A stretch of DNA of 61,622 nt, the filler included, from Gonapodya sp. JEL0774 (taxonomy: Eukaryota): assembly GCA_027604505.1 (NCBI GenBank). It is 18 parts of 18 records of this genome, joined end to end, with 100 filler letters (N's around TTAATTAATTAA, not from the genome) between each part and the next. Parts side by side here need not be neighbours in the genome. Positions count along the whole stretch, not along the records: positions 24,063 to 27,392 come from JADIIX010001343.1; positions 27,493 to 30,822 come from JADIIX010001344.1; positions 30,923 to 34,252 come from JADIIX010001345.1; positions 34,353 to 37,678 come from JADIIX010001346.1; 14 more parts are not named here. One strand, 5' to 3'. Each line of letters begins with the position of its first letter. Within the stretch, counting starts at the first letter, position 1. The notes beneath the pieces are model-generated. The model worked only from the letters and a program-made list of their open reading frames with translations. It had not been told where the DNA came from and ran no database searches. Of this stretch, positions 24,063 through 35,206 are shown one piece after another. A program made the translations under genes and the position numbers.

Positions 24063-26280
24063 TCGTACCAATGTTGGATTTCAGGTTCGTGCAAGGCGCC
24101 AGTCAAAAGCATCCACAGATCCGCTCGAAGTCGAGCTGGGAAGCCTCCAGTTTTGATCAAAAGCGTCCTTAGAAGGTTTATGTCCTTTATCAACGCGGCA
24201 TCTCGCCCATTCCGTTGCAAGTATTGACCCCACAAATGCTCGGTAATCATCAGGTTTCGTTGCTTTGTATCGTTTCCGAGCGAAGTGAGGGAGGTAAAAT
24301 CGAGACTTGAGATGGAAGGACCTATGTTTGAAAGCAGGGTCAAACGGCCGATTGGAAATCAATCCAAACTCACTCGCTAGTTCTTTCCGTGAGCGGGAAC
24401 AGCTGCGATAAACCGCAAGACGTGAGAGTTTCAGCATCTGCCTCCGCTGCTTCGAATGTACGTTGAACAGTGGGAGATGTTGGGGAGCCTCCACCGCTTT
24501 TGCGACTGGAGACACCTAACGGACTTCCACCTATCACCCAATCTGATGGGTCGAACGTCACGGACTTCAGGCGTTCCAGAATTATGTCATTAACTTGATC
24601 CCTGGATCGCTGTGAAGGGAACGACATCCAAAATTCAACCTTGGTCCTGGTCGTGATAACAACGTATCCCGATAGAGAGAGTGAGAATGAGGTCAGGCTC
24701 GTATTGAACGACGGAGGTAACGTTGTAGGGGGTCGCTTTGTCACAGACGTGATGAGACTGTACGGGATACAGAAAGTCATGAGTTTGTCAGCATCGACGC
24801 CTGCATAAATAACTCCAGGGGCTCCAGATCCCTCAAAGTTCTTCACGACGGCCGCTGACAGGAACGAGACAAAGGACGAAAGGGCCAAAAGAACCCCTGG
24901 AATGGTGTCAACAGTTGGGGAATAGTGGTAGGACCCAACGCATTCGAAGGCGATCCGCTCGGCCGCCGGCAACCGGAGACCAGCCAGGATGTTTTTGGTG
25001 TGCTTTCGAATCTCAAGGTCTTCGACAGTGTTCACAACTTCCAGTTGGGAGTTTCGACCAGGTGATGTTCTTTCAGCACTGTCTCCAACAACGGACGGAC
25101 GTTGTAGGATTTGACGATTCGGATTGTCACGCGAAGCTTGGCCAGACCCTTCGCTCCAGCTTGCTTTTCCTCGGTTAGAAGCCCGCAACATCTCAGAAAC
25201 ATCTCCACCAAGGTCCACAGCTCCAGCGCTTGCATCTGCTGGGCTTGTCCCAGGCTCGATGACAGGATCGGCAGGGTTCGGGAGAGGTGTGATCGGCAAT
25301 GCTGGTGCGCTTTCGTTTGCTAATCGATGCATGGCAGAGTCCGAAAGAGACGTCACCACACGCAAGACCTCACGTGGATCATCATTTGGGAAGGAGAACA
25401 CGAAGGTCGCTTCCTTGGTGGTCATTAGAATCCCTTCGAGTGGTGGAATCCCCTTCCGCACAGTAGTGGAATCCAGTCCCAGTACGTCTGAGAAAGGTAA
25501 AAGAAGTGCTGTCCCTCGAAGAGCTAAGGAGGAGGAGCTTTTCGATCCTTTACTGAAACCTGAGTCATGAAACACAAAGTGCGATCCAGTGAGACAGCAA
25601 TGTCCTTGGATGAAGCTTGAGGGTTCAGGATGGAAACGCGCAGAGTAAACTGAAAAGACCTTCTCATTAGCTATAGCTCCAAGCCGCCAAGGTGTGCAAC
25701 GCGGCACTCACAGTTCAAAACTACCTGTGACTCAAATACCCCCGGAAACAGTCGCATGATCTGGTCGTGCTGAGCAAGAAGCTGTGATGGCTTTCCTGGT
25801 ATTCTGACAAACGTGAGATTCCCAGCTACTGCCTCCAACACTTCGAGGATCGTATTCTGAGTTGTCTTGCCAGGTCGGTTCATCAGCTGTTCTCATGAAC
25901 CCGAAGAGAACACCAGGTGAACAGTGTCGCAAGCCGCATGAAATTACTTCTGAGTAAAGACGGGAAATGAGACGTACCGCGGGCAAGACACGCTGCTGAC
26001 AGAAGTGCCAATCTGTTCGAATAGCGTCCATAGTATCCGCAATCGCCACGATATTGACTAGATTCGAACTTGGATCCGCTAGCACGATTCGAAAATCGTA
26101 GTCCCATGCAGTCTTTGCTTCCTGAGTCCTTCCGATGGTCGCGAAGCCCTTCACAAGTGCGGTGAGGACGTCAGACTTGGACTTGGATTGCAGAGAGAAT
26201 CCATAGGGATCACGGGCGTGTTCGTGCCATACTCCACTGCCATCGTCTTCTGATGGTGCATCAACTGGCTTGATTAACAT
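24063..26280 (-). CDS. GRAM-GRAM-TBC Rab GTPase-activating protein (TBC1D8/9, Mdr1/Gyp2-like), 3'-partial
   Basis: N-terminal YGFSLQ...DFRIVL, two GRAM-like regions, then EHLWGQYLQRNGRD...LRTLLIKTGGFPARLRADLWMLLTGA at the start of the TBC domain. Confidence 0.8.
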
Positions 26281-26408
26281 GGACGCCCGTTGTTTCGATG
26301 CAACAGTCCATGGCTGTGGTACCTGTTGGCACCACCACGTCTTTCTTGTCCAGGACACCCACATGCACAATGTAATCTTCACTTGCCACAACAGGTATTT
26401 ATGTACAT

Positions 26409-27392
26409 TCACTGGTCACGTCTAGACCGCTTCCGTTCGCGCTCTACAGAATCATTCCTATCGTCTCGCTCTTTGCGTCTCAGATCGCCTTTCGCCGCTC
26501 TCTCAGCCTCTTCCACTGCCTGTCGCCGCGACGGGTGAACAAACGGCGGACTGGGGTCCCTCTCCGCTTTTTTCACGCCAGAATGCCTGTTCTCCTTGTC
26601 TTCTCTCCTATCCCGATCACGATCAGCTCTGGCATCCCGGTCATTCCGAGCTTCGACGTCACGCTCTGCCCGATCGCGCCGGTCAACTGCCTCACGCGAT
26701 CTACCCACATCTCGACCACTTCGGTCGTCTGAACGCCATGTTGCGTCACCGCGATCCCGCCTTGGCGGGGATAGGTTGCGATCTGGCCGACGGTGATCAT
26801 CTCGCTCCGCATCTTTCCTTCCTCCATTGCGGTTGCGGTCTGCATAGCGATCAGAAGACCTCGGGTTTCTGTCATCTCTTTCTCGGCTGGTACGTCTGCC
26901 ACCATCATTCCCGCGGGGTCCGATCCTGTCTCTGTCGTTGCGAGGCTTCGAGGCACTTTTGGACTGTGCTTGAGAGGACGTTTTTCTCTTATCTGAGCGT
27001 CGCCTATCGTCATCCGAAGAATCACTTGAGTCGGACTCCGAATCGTCTGAGTCCGAATCCAAATCCGAATCTGAATCCGAATCATCAGAGTCTGAATCAG
27101 AATCACTCTCGACATCACTGTCAACCCGTTGTTGCTGCATGATGAGCTTCGGTGCATTACGAAGGTGCTCTCGGAGCTCCTCTGTCAGTCCTCCGAGACC
27201 AATACTCGTGAAGTAGTTGATTGCGAACCTCATGTCACGAGGGTTCGTCCTGGGAAACAGGCCATCGAACCACCCACGTACTTGCTGGGTCCCGTCCGGG
27301 AGAGAAGTGGAGAATAACAGCTCGGGGTCTTTGAGTCTCTCGTTTAACTTTTTCAGGCCAAGCGCTTCGGCCAGCTCCTGGAACAGGATCTT
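26409..27392 (-). CDS. CWC22: Pre-mRNA splicing factor Cwc22, C-terminal part
   Basis: [19 protein letters not shown]...[34 protein letters not shown], then SD-rich and RD/RS-rich tails. Confidence 0.92.
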   Translation of the reverse strand, partial: KILFQELAEALGLKKLNERLKDPELLFSTSLPDGTQQVRGWFDGLFPRTNPRDMRFAINYFTSIGLGGLTEELREHLRNAPKLIMQQQRVDSDVESDSDSDSDDSDSDSDLDSDSDDSESDSSDSSDDDRRRSDKRKTSSQAQSKSASKPRNDRDRIGPRGNDGGRRTSRERDDRNPRSSDRYADRNRNGGRKDAERDDHRRPDRNLSPPRRDRGDATWRSDDRSGRDVGRSREAVDRRDRAERDVEARNDRDARADRDRDRREDKENRHSGVKKAERDPSPPFVHPSRRQAVEEAERAAKGDLRRKERDDRNDSVERERKRSRRDQ

Positions 27393-27492
27393 NNNNNNNN
27401 NNNNNNNNNNNNNNNNNNNNNNNNNNNNNNNNNNNNTTAATTAATTAANNNNNNNNNNNNNNNNNNNNNNNNNNNNNNNNNNNNNNNNNNNN

Positions 27493-28419
27493 GTCAGCTC
27501 GGACCCTCGATTTGCTCTCTCGAGTGCCTTCTCGGATCGGTCGACCACCGTCATCACGACCAGCACCCCTCCCACGGATCTCACCGCAGCGCCTACAAAA
27601 TCCACGAAAGTCCGCAAACCCCCTCTTAACCCCGCTGCCCTCGCTGAGTTCAAAATCACGCACGATGCTACCGGTGTGGTGTACCTGTCCCGGATACCCC
27701 CGTTCATGAAACCCGAGAAACTTCGTCACCTGCTGGCCCAGCACATCAATTCAGGAGCGCAAGGCATCGGTCGGGTCTACTTACAGCGTGAAGGGGAACA
27801 TGTCGCGGCGCGGAGGAAGAAATACGGTGGGAGTAAGAAGAAGAACTATACGGAGGGATGGGTCGAATTCCTCGACAAGAAAGACGCCAAAAAGGTAGCG
27901 CTGCTGCTCAACAACCAGCCTATCGGTGGCAAGAAACGGTCTTTCTATCACGACGATATATGGAACATTCGGTACCTGTCTGGATTCAAGTGGACCGATC
28001 TGGCAGCTCAAGTTGCCTACGACAAAGCCGCACGAGAACAGAGGCTACGACAGGAAGCTGCTCAGGCAGCCCGGGAGGTAGGAGAATACAGGGAAAGGGT
28101 GGATAAGGCGCGAATGTTGGAGGCGATACAGGAGAAGAAGAGAGTCAAGATGATCAAGGAGACCGCGGAAGGCCGAAAGAACGACGGTACGCCGGCAGCT
28201 GGCTCAAAGCCAGTGGATTCTAGTGGTGCGGCGTCTGCCACAGAGCAACCAGATACGTCTCTCGTGACTGTCGCGCCGCGGTTCAAACGACGATTCAAGC
28301 AGCGCAAGGCCATTGAGAACGCGGGCAGTGGACTATTTTCAGGCGTGTGGAAAGGGAAGGAGGTGGACGAGAATGTGCGGAAGGTGCAGATGAGCGTGGT
28401 GAAGAAGATGTTTGGATAG
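27493..28419 (+). CDS. ESF2: Pre-rRNA processing protein Esf2/ABT1, 5'-partial
   Basis: TGVVYLSRIPPFMKPEKLRHLL, IGRVYLQ, YTEGWVEFLDKKDAK, IGGKKRSFYHDDIWNIRYLSGFKWTDL. Confidence 0.93.
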   Translation, partial: VSSDPRFALSSAFSDRSTTVITTSTPPTDLTAAPTKSTKVRKPPLNPAALAEFKITHDATGVVYLSRIPPFMKPEKLRHLLAQHINSGAQGIGRVYLQREGEHVAARRKKYGGSKKKNYTEGWVEFLDKKDAKKVALLLNNQPIGGKKRSFYHDDIWNIRYLSGFKWTDLAAQVAYDKAAREQRLRQEAAQAAREVGEYRERVDKARMLEAIQEKKRVKMIKETAEGRKNDGTPAAGSKPVDSSGAASATEQPDTSLVTVAPRFKRRFKQRKAIENAGSGLFSGVWKGKEVDENVRKVQMSVVKKMFG

Positions 28420-28877
28420 GTGTCGGAGTTGGGCCGGATGAAACCATGATATATCGGCGGGGTGTCTTTGGGAACTGTAATGCATTGCTTAATACGAGAT
28501 TTATGCTGAGGATAATGGAGATGGTCGTGTGTGTCTCCCAGCCATACAATGATCACGTGGCAGGCGGGAGACATTCAGCATGTCTTCCCACCGATCATTG
28601 CAGAAGCGGAGCTGGAGCTCGGAAATTGTATCCATCATTCATCTTTGATAATAATCGTGTTGGAAACCCCACTTTCCATCAGGTTTGTCGCGGTCCAGGC
28701 AGTCTGAAGGTTTTCAAACAGTCACGATCGACACCGGAACCCCTCAGGTTCACCCGCCCGGTCACTACCAAGCCACCGGCTGATGCGGATCTGTCAACGC
28801 GGCTCAGCATCAACAGCTTTACCGAGAACAAACTCGCTCCTGAATCTGAATCTGAACCCAAGTTTCATTCGAAAACC

Positions 28878-29746
28878 ATGTTGGGAAAGAACTCCGTCTC
28901 GCCAGGCTCGGACCGCAAGAAGATCGTCGTCGCGGGTGACGAAGGGGTTGGAAAAACCACTTTGCTCATGACAGCGTCCACGGGAAAGTTCCCAACGGTT
29001 AGTTCAGAGTCGTGTTCGTGAGAAAAGCACTGGTGATAGACCGCGTTGAGCTGATTCCCCACAATCCCTGTCTCTCTTTTTTCTTGTCAGACAAAGTACA
29101 TCCCGTCTGTGTTCAGTCGCGAGTACGCCATTTCCCGCTCGATCGACGGCGACCAGGTTTGGGTCACCTTCGCCGACATGGACCGCCCCAACGCTGAGTT
29201 CAGCGGTGCCCGCAAAAGCGCCTTGGAAGACGGTTTCTCTTCGCACACAGTCATTCTATGCTTTTCCATCGGGTCCAGGGAGAGTTTTCTTGCCATTGAT
29301 GGGTTCTGGAAAGAGTTTGCGGATGCCTGGAAGCAGAGCGGGTTGCCTGTGATTCTCGCAGGACTCAAGACGGATACCAGGGGCTCTGACGGTGCTGTAA
29401 CAGCCGAAGAGGTGAGGGAGGAGGCTCTGTTTCCATGTACACGACAAAAGGAGTTCCTGATCCTCGGATTCACCACATCCGATCATCCTCTCCAGGCGGG
29501 CGCCCTCGCGAAGACCATCGGTGCTTCCCAGTACATTGAGTGCTCTGCAAAACTCGGGGAAGGTGTATCCGATGTGAGTGCCTGGTGCTTGGGATGTCCC
29601 GTGTGAATGGATGAGAGCTCATCCAAATGTTCTTGTGCGCTCACCAGCTCATCGAGCAAGCCGTTCGTGCTGCAATTCCCATTGAAGATCGCAAGAAGCG
29701 TACCGGAGGGAAGGTGGAGAAGGGCGGAAAGTGCCAGATCATGTGA
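28878..29746 (+). CDS. Atypical Rho-family small GTPase (4 exons, CAAX CQIM)
   Basis: KKIVVAGDEGVGKT (G1), YIPSVF, ILAGLKTD (G4), YIECSAK (G5), polybasic tail plus CQIM*. G3 reads DMDR instead of DTAG. Confidence 0.85.
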
Positions 29747-30922
29747 TCCGGCTGGGCGCCTCGTGGTGAGTACTCCTTGGTTTGTCACTCAAAAGCTGTG
29801 GCTGGAATAGTCACCTTGCTCTTGCTACATCTCTGGTCTTGATTTCAGTAGTTTTTGCTCCTAGCCACCGAAGAGAACGTGTGCGATCAAGAGAGAATCA
29901 AAGAAAGTTTACCGTTGATCTTTACTCATGATTTTACTAACTTTCTCCCTGGAGTGATCGAGAAAAAAGTAACGTAGTACTCTATTCATATGTATTTCAA
30001 ATATTTTATCAAGCAGCTGTTGATAGTTACCAGCTGCCGAAACTGCGATTATTCCTTCCCACTCAGCATGAACAACACGCCAGACAGTGCAGAGTGTTTG
30101 CGAGTCGGAGAATAGACGCTGTGCTTTGAGTTTATGCAATTGCCTTGCCCTAAGTACTTTTTTAATAATATGAAGTTTCTGCACAGGGAGCTCCTTCCAT
30201 GAGACTGTGGGAGGTGACGGATGTGGACCTCCTTACAAAGAATGTGGCACAGTTGGAGCAAGTGGTGGTAGTTTCCCTCAGGCTTTCTTCGGAATCCCAT
30301 TGCGAGTCCCCGCCAGAAAGGCGTCGCGTATCAAGCATTGACCATCGGCAAATCGTATTCAGCCTTATTCCTCTGTCCGCGCTCGGCCTTCGGAGTGGCG
30401 TTTCCCCCTCTCTCAAAGCCTCCAACCACTACGACACAAATCTTCCAACATGTACGGTGGACGCGGCCACGCCAGGCAGAAGAGCCAGCCTTTTGAGTTC
30501 ATCCCAGGTGGAGGAGATACACCAAAGATTCTGGTCATCAACCCAGCCGTGCAGGTCACGAGTGGGACCAGTTTATCTGACAGGTGGGTTCTGGGACGAT
30601 CACGACGTGGAGGGAGCTGCGAAGGGCAACAAGTGTACCTTAGTGCAAAAGGTTGCTCTTCAGATTCCTGATGTGGAGAGCTCAGTGTCCTGGGAGACCA
30701 TCGTGTCCAAGCTGCGAACTCATGACCGTCATCAGTGGTGACTTTTGTCGATCTGCCTCCCTTCAGATTCTCACAACTCTACCGAAAACGCCGAGGTGCG
30801 TCCACAGCTGAGCAGTCCACGGNNNNNNNNNNNNNNNNNNNNNNNNNNNNNNNNNNNNNNNNNNNNTTAATTAATTAANNNNNNNNNNNNNNNNNNNNNN
30901 NNNNNNNNNNNNNNNNNNNNNN

Positions 30923-33900
30923 TTAGAACATTCCAGACACACACCATTCATGATCCCCAAAGACGCCATACTATCGTTGTACTTTTTCTTTTGCACGACA
31001 GCCGGATCTCTCGCGTTTGCATACTTGATCGATCAAGGGGGATGATGTTGCCGCCATGGTCCATCAAAAAAAGTGCACAATCCCCGACCTCCGTTCTCCC
31101 AGCCCGAACCCACCGGAATCCCCACTCCAATCACGGCCCTGCTCTGATCATCCGAGAAGTCGATCCCCTCGGACAATTTTCCCCGATACACCGCGAAGAT
31201 CATGGCGCCGTTCTTCCCAACACGGAGGCTCGTCTGGTATTCCTTGATCACTTGGTCGCATTCGCCCTTGCCCGTACCCTTGGGCTCGAGGTAGACCTGT
31301 ATCGGAACGCAAGAAGACGGGTGAGGCCGCAGTGCACCGAGAGGACAAACGATATCGGTGGGAGAAGGTCGAGACGAGCACCAACCTCTTTACATTCCTT
31401 CATCTGTCCGAACACTCCCGTCGCTTCCCACCGAGCCACGAGCTTCTCAATCAAGGAGTACGAAGGGAGAAACACCAAGACCCCCGCTGGGATGAGCCTG
31501 ATCAAGCGGAGGATAGTGTCGCCCAGACCGTCCTGGAAAACCAACACAAGACACGAACCGTTTCCAGTCGTGCGACGAATTGCTGTCATAGGCAATTGGC
31601 AAGTTGCATTTACCTGAAAATCGTACGTATCGAAGTGCTTGAACGTGCACGTGAAGGGAGCACCATGTGCCGTCGTACCGAGCACACCTGCCCACACCTA
31701 CATTCATCCACCGAGAAGCGTGAGAACACGGAAACACATCGAGTCACCACCACGTCTCCCATTTCCCATTTCCCATATGCCCCCAAACCACCCCACCTAC
31801 CTACCTGATGCCCTCCCACCACGTGGTTCGCCTCCACCCTGAGCGGAAACGGCGCGCCCAATTCGCTCTGGAACGCGTCGAGAGGGGATAGAGTCCCCGA
31901 GGTGAGCACGATGGATCGGGCGGCGGCGAGGTCGGAGAAGGCGACGCGGGGGTTGAGACAGCTGTGGGTGGAGAGGTGAAGGAGTTGACATGGAGTCGAA
32001 GCTCGGTAGGAGAGGAACGTGGACGGCTCACGAGAACTCCACAGAATTGATCCACTCGGTGGCGTGGGTTTTTGGGTGGCGGGTCATTTTTTTGGCCAGG
32101 ATGAGGTTGTAGTCTGACCACAAGGTGGGATGGGGAGCAGGGGGTTGGGGGTGGGGGAGGGGGGGGGAGCAAAGACAACCACAGGATTTATCCCGCCACA
32201 GGTGTTTAGGAACCGTACCCCCACCCACACAACCCACCACCCACCTCCGGCAAACTCCCCGTCCCCATGGAACAAGTATCTGACCACCACGCCCAACAAC
32301 CCCTCCAACACTTTCATCCCCGCCACACTCATCGACCTCCCTTCCCTCCCCCCTTCTCCTTCCCCTTCCCCGTCGCCACCGTGGGCACGTCTTTCCGCTC
32401 CCCTCTCCCTCTCCCGTTCTCTGTCCTCCCTCTCCCCGGCCCGCACCTCCCCCGCGTGCGCCACCACGGTGCGAAGCGAGGCGAGGAGCACGGGGTACAC
32501 AGTGGTGGTGATGCCCATCAGGGAGAGTTGGTGGAGGAGGTGGGAGCCGGACCAGCTTCGGGGGAGAGGGGGGTGGGCGGGAGGGGGCACGGGGGAAGGT
32601 GGGTGTGGGTTCGGGTTTGGTGTGCCGGACGAGACGCGTCACCACCACCCCCGCGCAAGGTACTCACATGTTCATGGACCTGTCGAACTCGTTGATGGCA
32701 AAATGGCCCGCGGAGGAGGCGCGGATCCATTGGAGCAGGCCTTGAGAGGCACCGAAGATGGGGTGGGGGTGGGACGCGTGACCGTGACACCGAACACGAA
32801 AAATCACACCACATCACACCAGGCCCCGCCCGCGCGCGAACTCACCCTCCACCACCACCCCCAAAAACCCATACGCCCTGACCAACTCCTCCCTCGCCTG
32901 TGTTTCCTTATCCCCCTTTTCCGCATCCCCCTTGAGCCACTTTCTTTCCTCGTTCCCCTCCCCTTCCCCTTTCCCTTCCCCCTGCCAACCCGCTCCGCCC
33001 TCCTCCCACCCCGCCAACTCCTCCATCTCGGCCTTGACAGATTCCAACTGGTGCTGGGTGAGCATGAGGGACGCGGCGGCGCGGGAGACGTCTTCAATGT
33101 TCTTTTGGCGGGGGGGCGAGGGCCAGGTTGGACCCACACGACAGCACACACCCGGCCCCCGCGTACTCTACTCACGTGCGCCTCGTCCACGATGACCACG
33201 GCGCCCGTCACGTCGATGCCCACGGCTTCTCTTATTACTGTACGAATCACAGACCGTGCGAGTCCGGGTCCGGTCCGGTTCGGTTGTTGGTCCGAGTTAC
33301 CGGAGGCGGGTGACGGGTGAGCGAAGGGCCGAGACGGGGAGGAGCGGTCGGCGCGGGAAGCAACGCACAGAGCGTGAGGGATTCAAGTTCGACGGTGGGA
33401 CGGTGCCGGGGCACGGGAACGGACGGGATGGACTCAACTCACGTGGGTCGATGATGTAGTTCTGGAGACACGAAGAGGAGGAGTGGGAGAATGGGAGTTG
33501 CGAAGAGGGAACGATCGAACGAGAACCGAAACCGAAAGCGTGAACCACCACCACCACCTCACTCGCCCACCCCCGCTTGGGCACCCTACCCAAACAAAGA
33601 AACTCACATACGGACACACCACCACCTCGGCCTCACCCGCCAATCCCCTGGCCGCGAAATACGCACACCCGCGCACCTTCTTTCCCACTTGGACCAGTTC
33701 CTCCACGTCCCATATCCACAGGGGGCCGCTCCGTTGCAGGGATTTGTGAGCCCGCACGGCGGAGGAGCGGTGGAAGGGGGCGCAGCCGGTGGAAGTGAGG
33801 AGGAGGTCGGCGCTGGCGGTGTGTGTGGGGGGGAGGGGCGTCGAGTGGTGGATACGCCCGCACAAAAGCGTCAACGGCAACGGCCAACCCACCACCCCCC

Positions 33901-34252
33901 GTCCACGTCCTGCATCTTGGCCACTCTCGCGTTGGTGCAGAAATGCTTTCGGGCCCCCAACACCGCGGTGCGTGGGCGGTACACCGTGGACCCGCGCAGC
34001 TCGTGCACAAGTTGGGAGAGTTGGCGGAGGGTGCGGGAGGTGAGGAAACTGGGGGATGGATGGGGGTGGATGGATGGGGGTGGTGGGGGGGGGGGCGAAG
34101 GGAGCGGGCACGAGGATGAAGGACAAAGGGGAGAAGGGAAGCAAAAATTACAGCCACATCGACGGCACGGGACGGGTGAAGACCTACATCTTGGGTGACG
34201 TGATCTTGGGCGGCTTGGAGGGCTCGTCTGGTGCGGTCGGTGCAGGTCGGGC
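30923..34252 (-). CDS. Fe-S XPD-family DNA helicase, FANCJ/BRIP1- or RTEL1-like; internal fragment with many introns
   Basis: LGSRKHFC, WDVEELV..CAYFAARGL..VVVCPY/NYIIDP, VIVDEAH/NIED, VLTSGTLSP, EANHV, GVLVFLPSYS, AVYRGKLSEGIDFSDDQSRAVIGVGIP. Confidence 0.88.
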
Positions 34253-35206
34253 NNNNNNNNNNNNNNNNNNNNNNNNNNNNNNNNNNNNNNNNNNNNTTAA
34301 TTAATTAANNNNNNNNNNNNNNNNNNNNNNNNNNNNNNNNNNNNNNNNNNNNTGAAACCCACAGAGGCGGTGAAGCGAGTCATTTGGCTACGTGAATCAC
34401 GAATCAAGTTGAACAAGAGAGGCGTGTCGGGTTCGCAGTGGAATCGAAGGTTGCGACGAGAATACAGGAGACGAGAACTAAAAATTCATTCAATTCAATG
34501 GGTGCTTTTATAGACCCAGTTGTCCTTTTTTACACCGCTCAAGCGGTAGTGGTTGCGCCAATGACTGAACAATCTTTGCCGCACCGTAATCCGCTAATTG
34601 ATCCCAATTTGGATCAGGTTCTGAGTTCAACAAGCTCCTTTTACCAAATCGGGAATAGCTTTCACGGGTCGAATGCGTGTGACATTGGTAATGTACTTGA
34701 ATGTGTCCAAAACGAGTTTCCAAAAGGGTCACATTCATGTGGTTGGCGTCTCGGCTTCCAAACTTTTCTCACACCAAAGAGGTCGCGGAAACAACACAAA
34801 AAATACACAAAAAGGTCAAAAAAGAATAAGCTGACATTCTAATTCTATCGGAGAATATTTGCCACGGGTGGATCCGCGTTACACTTTTTCTTATTCCATT
34901 GCGAGCGAGTGACGAGTCGACACGGGCACAGGTGCAGGCAACTCACTCCACCTGTCAGTCGCACCAGTCAGTGGTATTTATTACCAAAATCGCACATCTA
35001 TTGCTTTTATCTACGGTTACAACGTTTAATACAGATAATATTTGATGATTTTAACAACTCTCGAATACGTACAACAAAAAGTCCTTGATTCAAGTATACT
35101 TTTCCGATTTGGAAGATAAAACAACCATCTCTCCCAAAACACACTTGCCTGCTCTCACTTGCAAACACAACATCAGCGGACTTGTTTCCTTCGCCTCAAC
35201 CTCCCA

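Noticed and set aside
27000..27125. TCCGAA/TCTGAA-like hexamer repeats
   Set aside because: They encode the ordinary Ser-Asp tract of Cwc22.
30199..30741. 180-aa plus-strand ORF
   Set aside because: No recognisable domain or supporting splice structure; cannot be called.
32028..34304. Numerous long overlapping Pro/Gly/Arg-rich ORFs on both strands
   Set aside because: Shadow ORFs caused by stop-codon scarcity in GC-rich sequence; the helicase exons explain the region.
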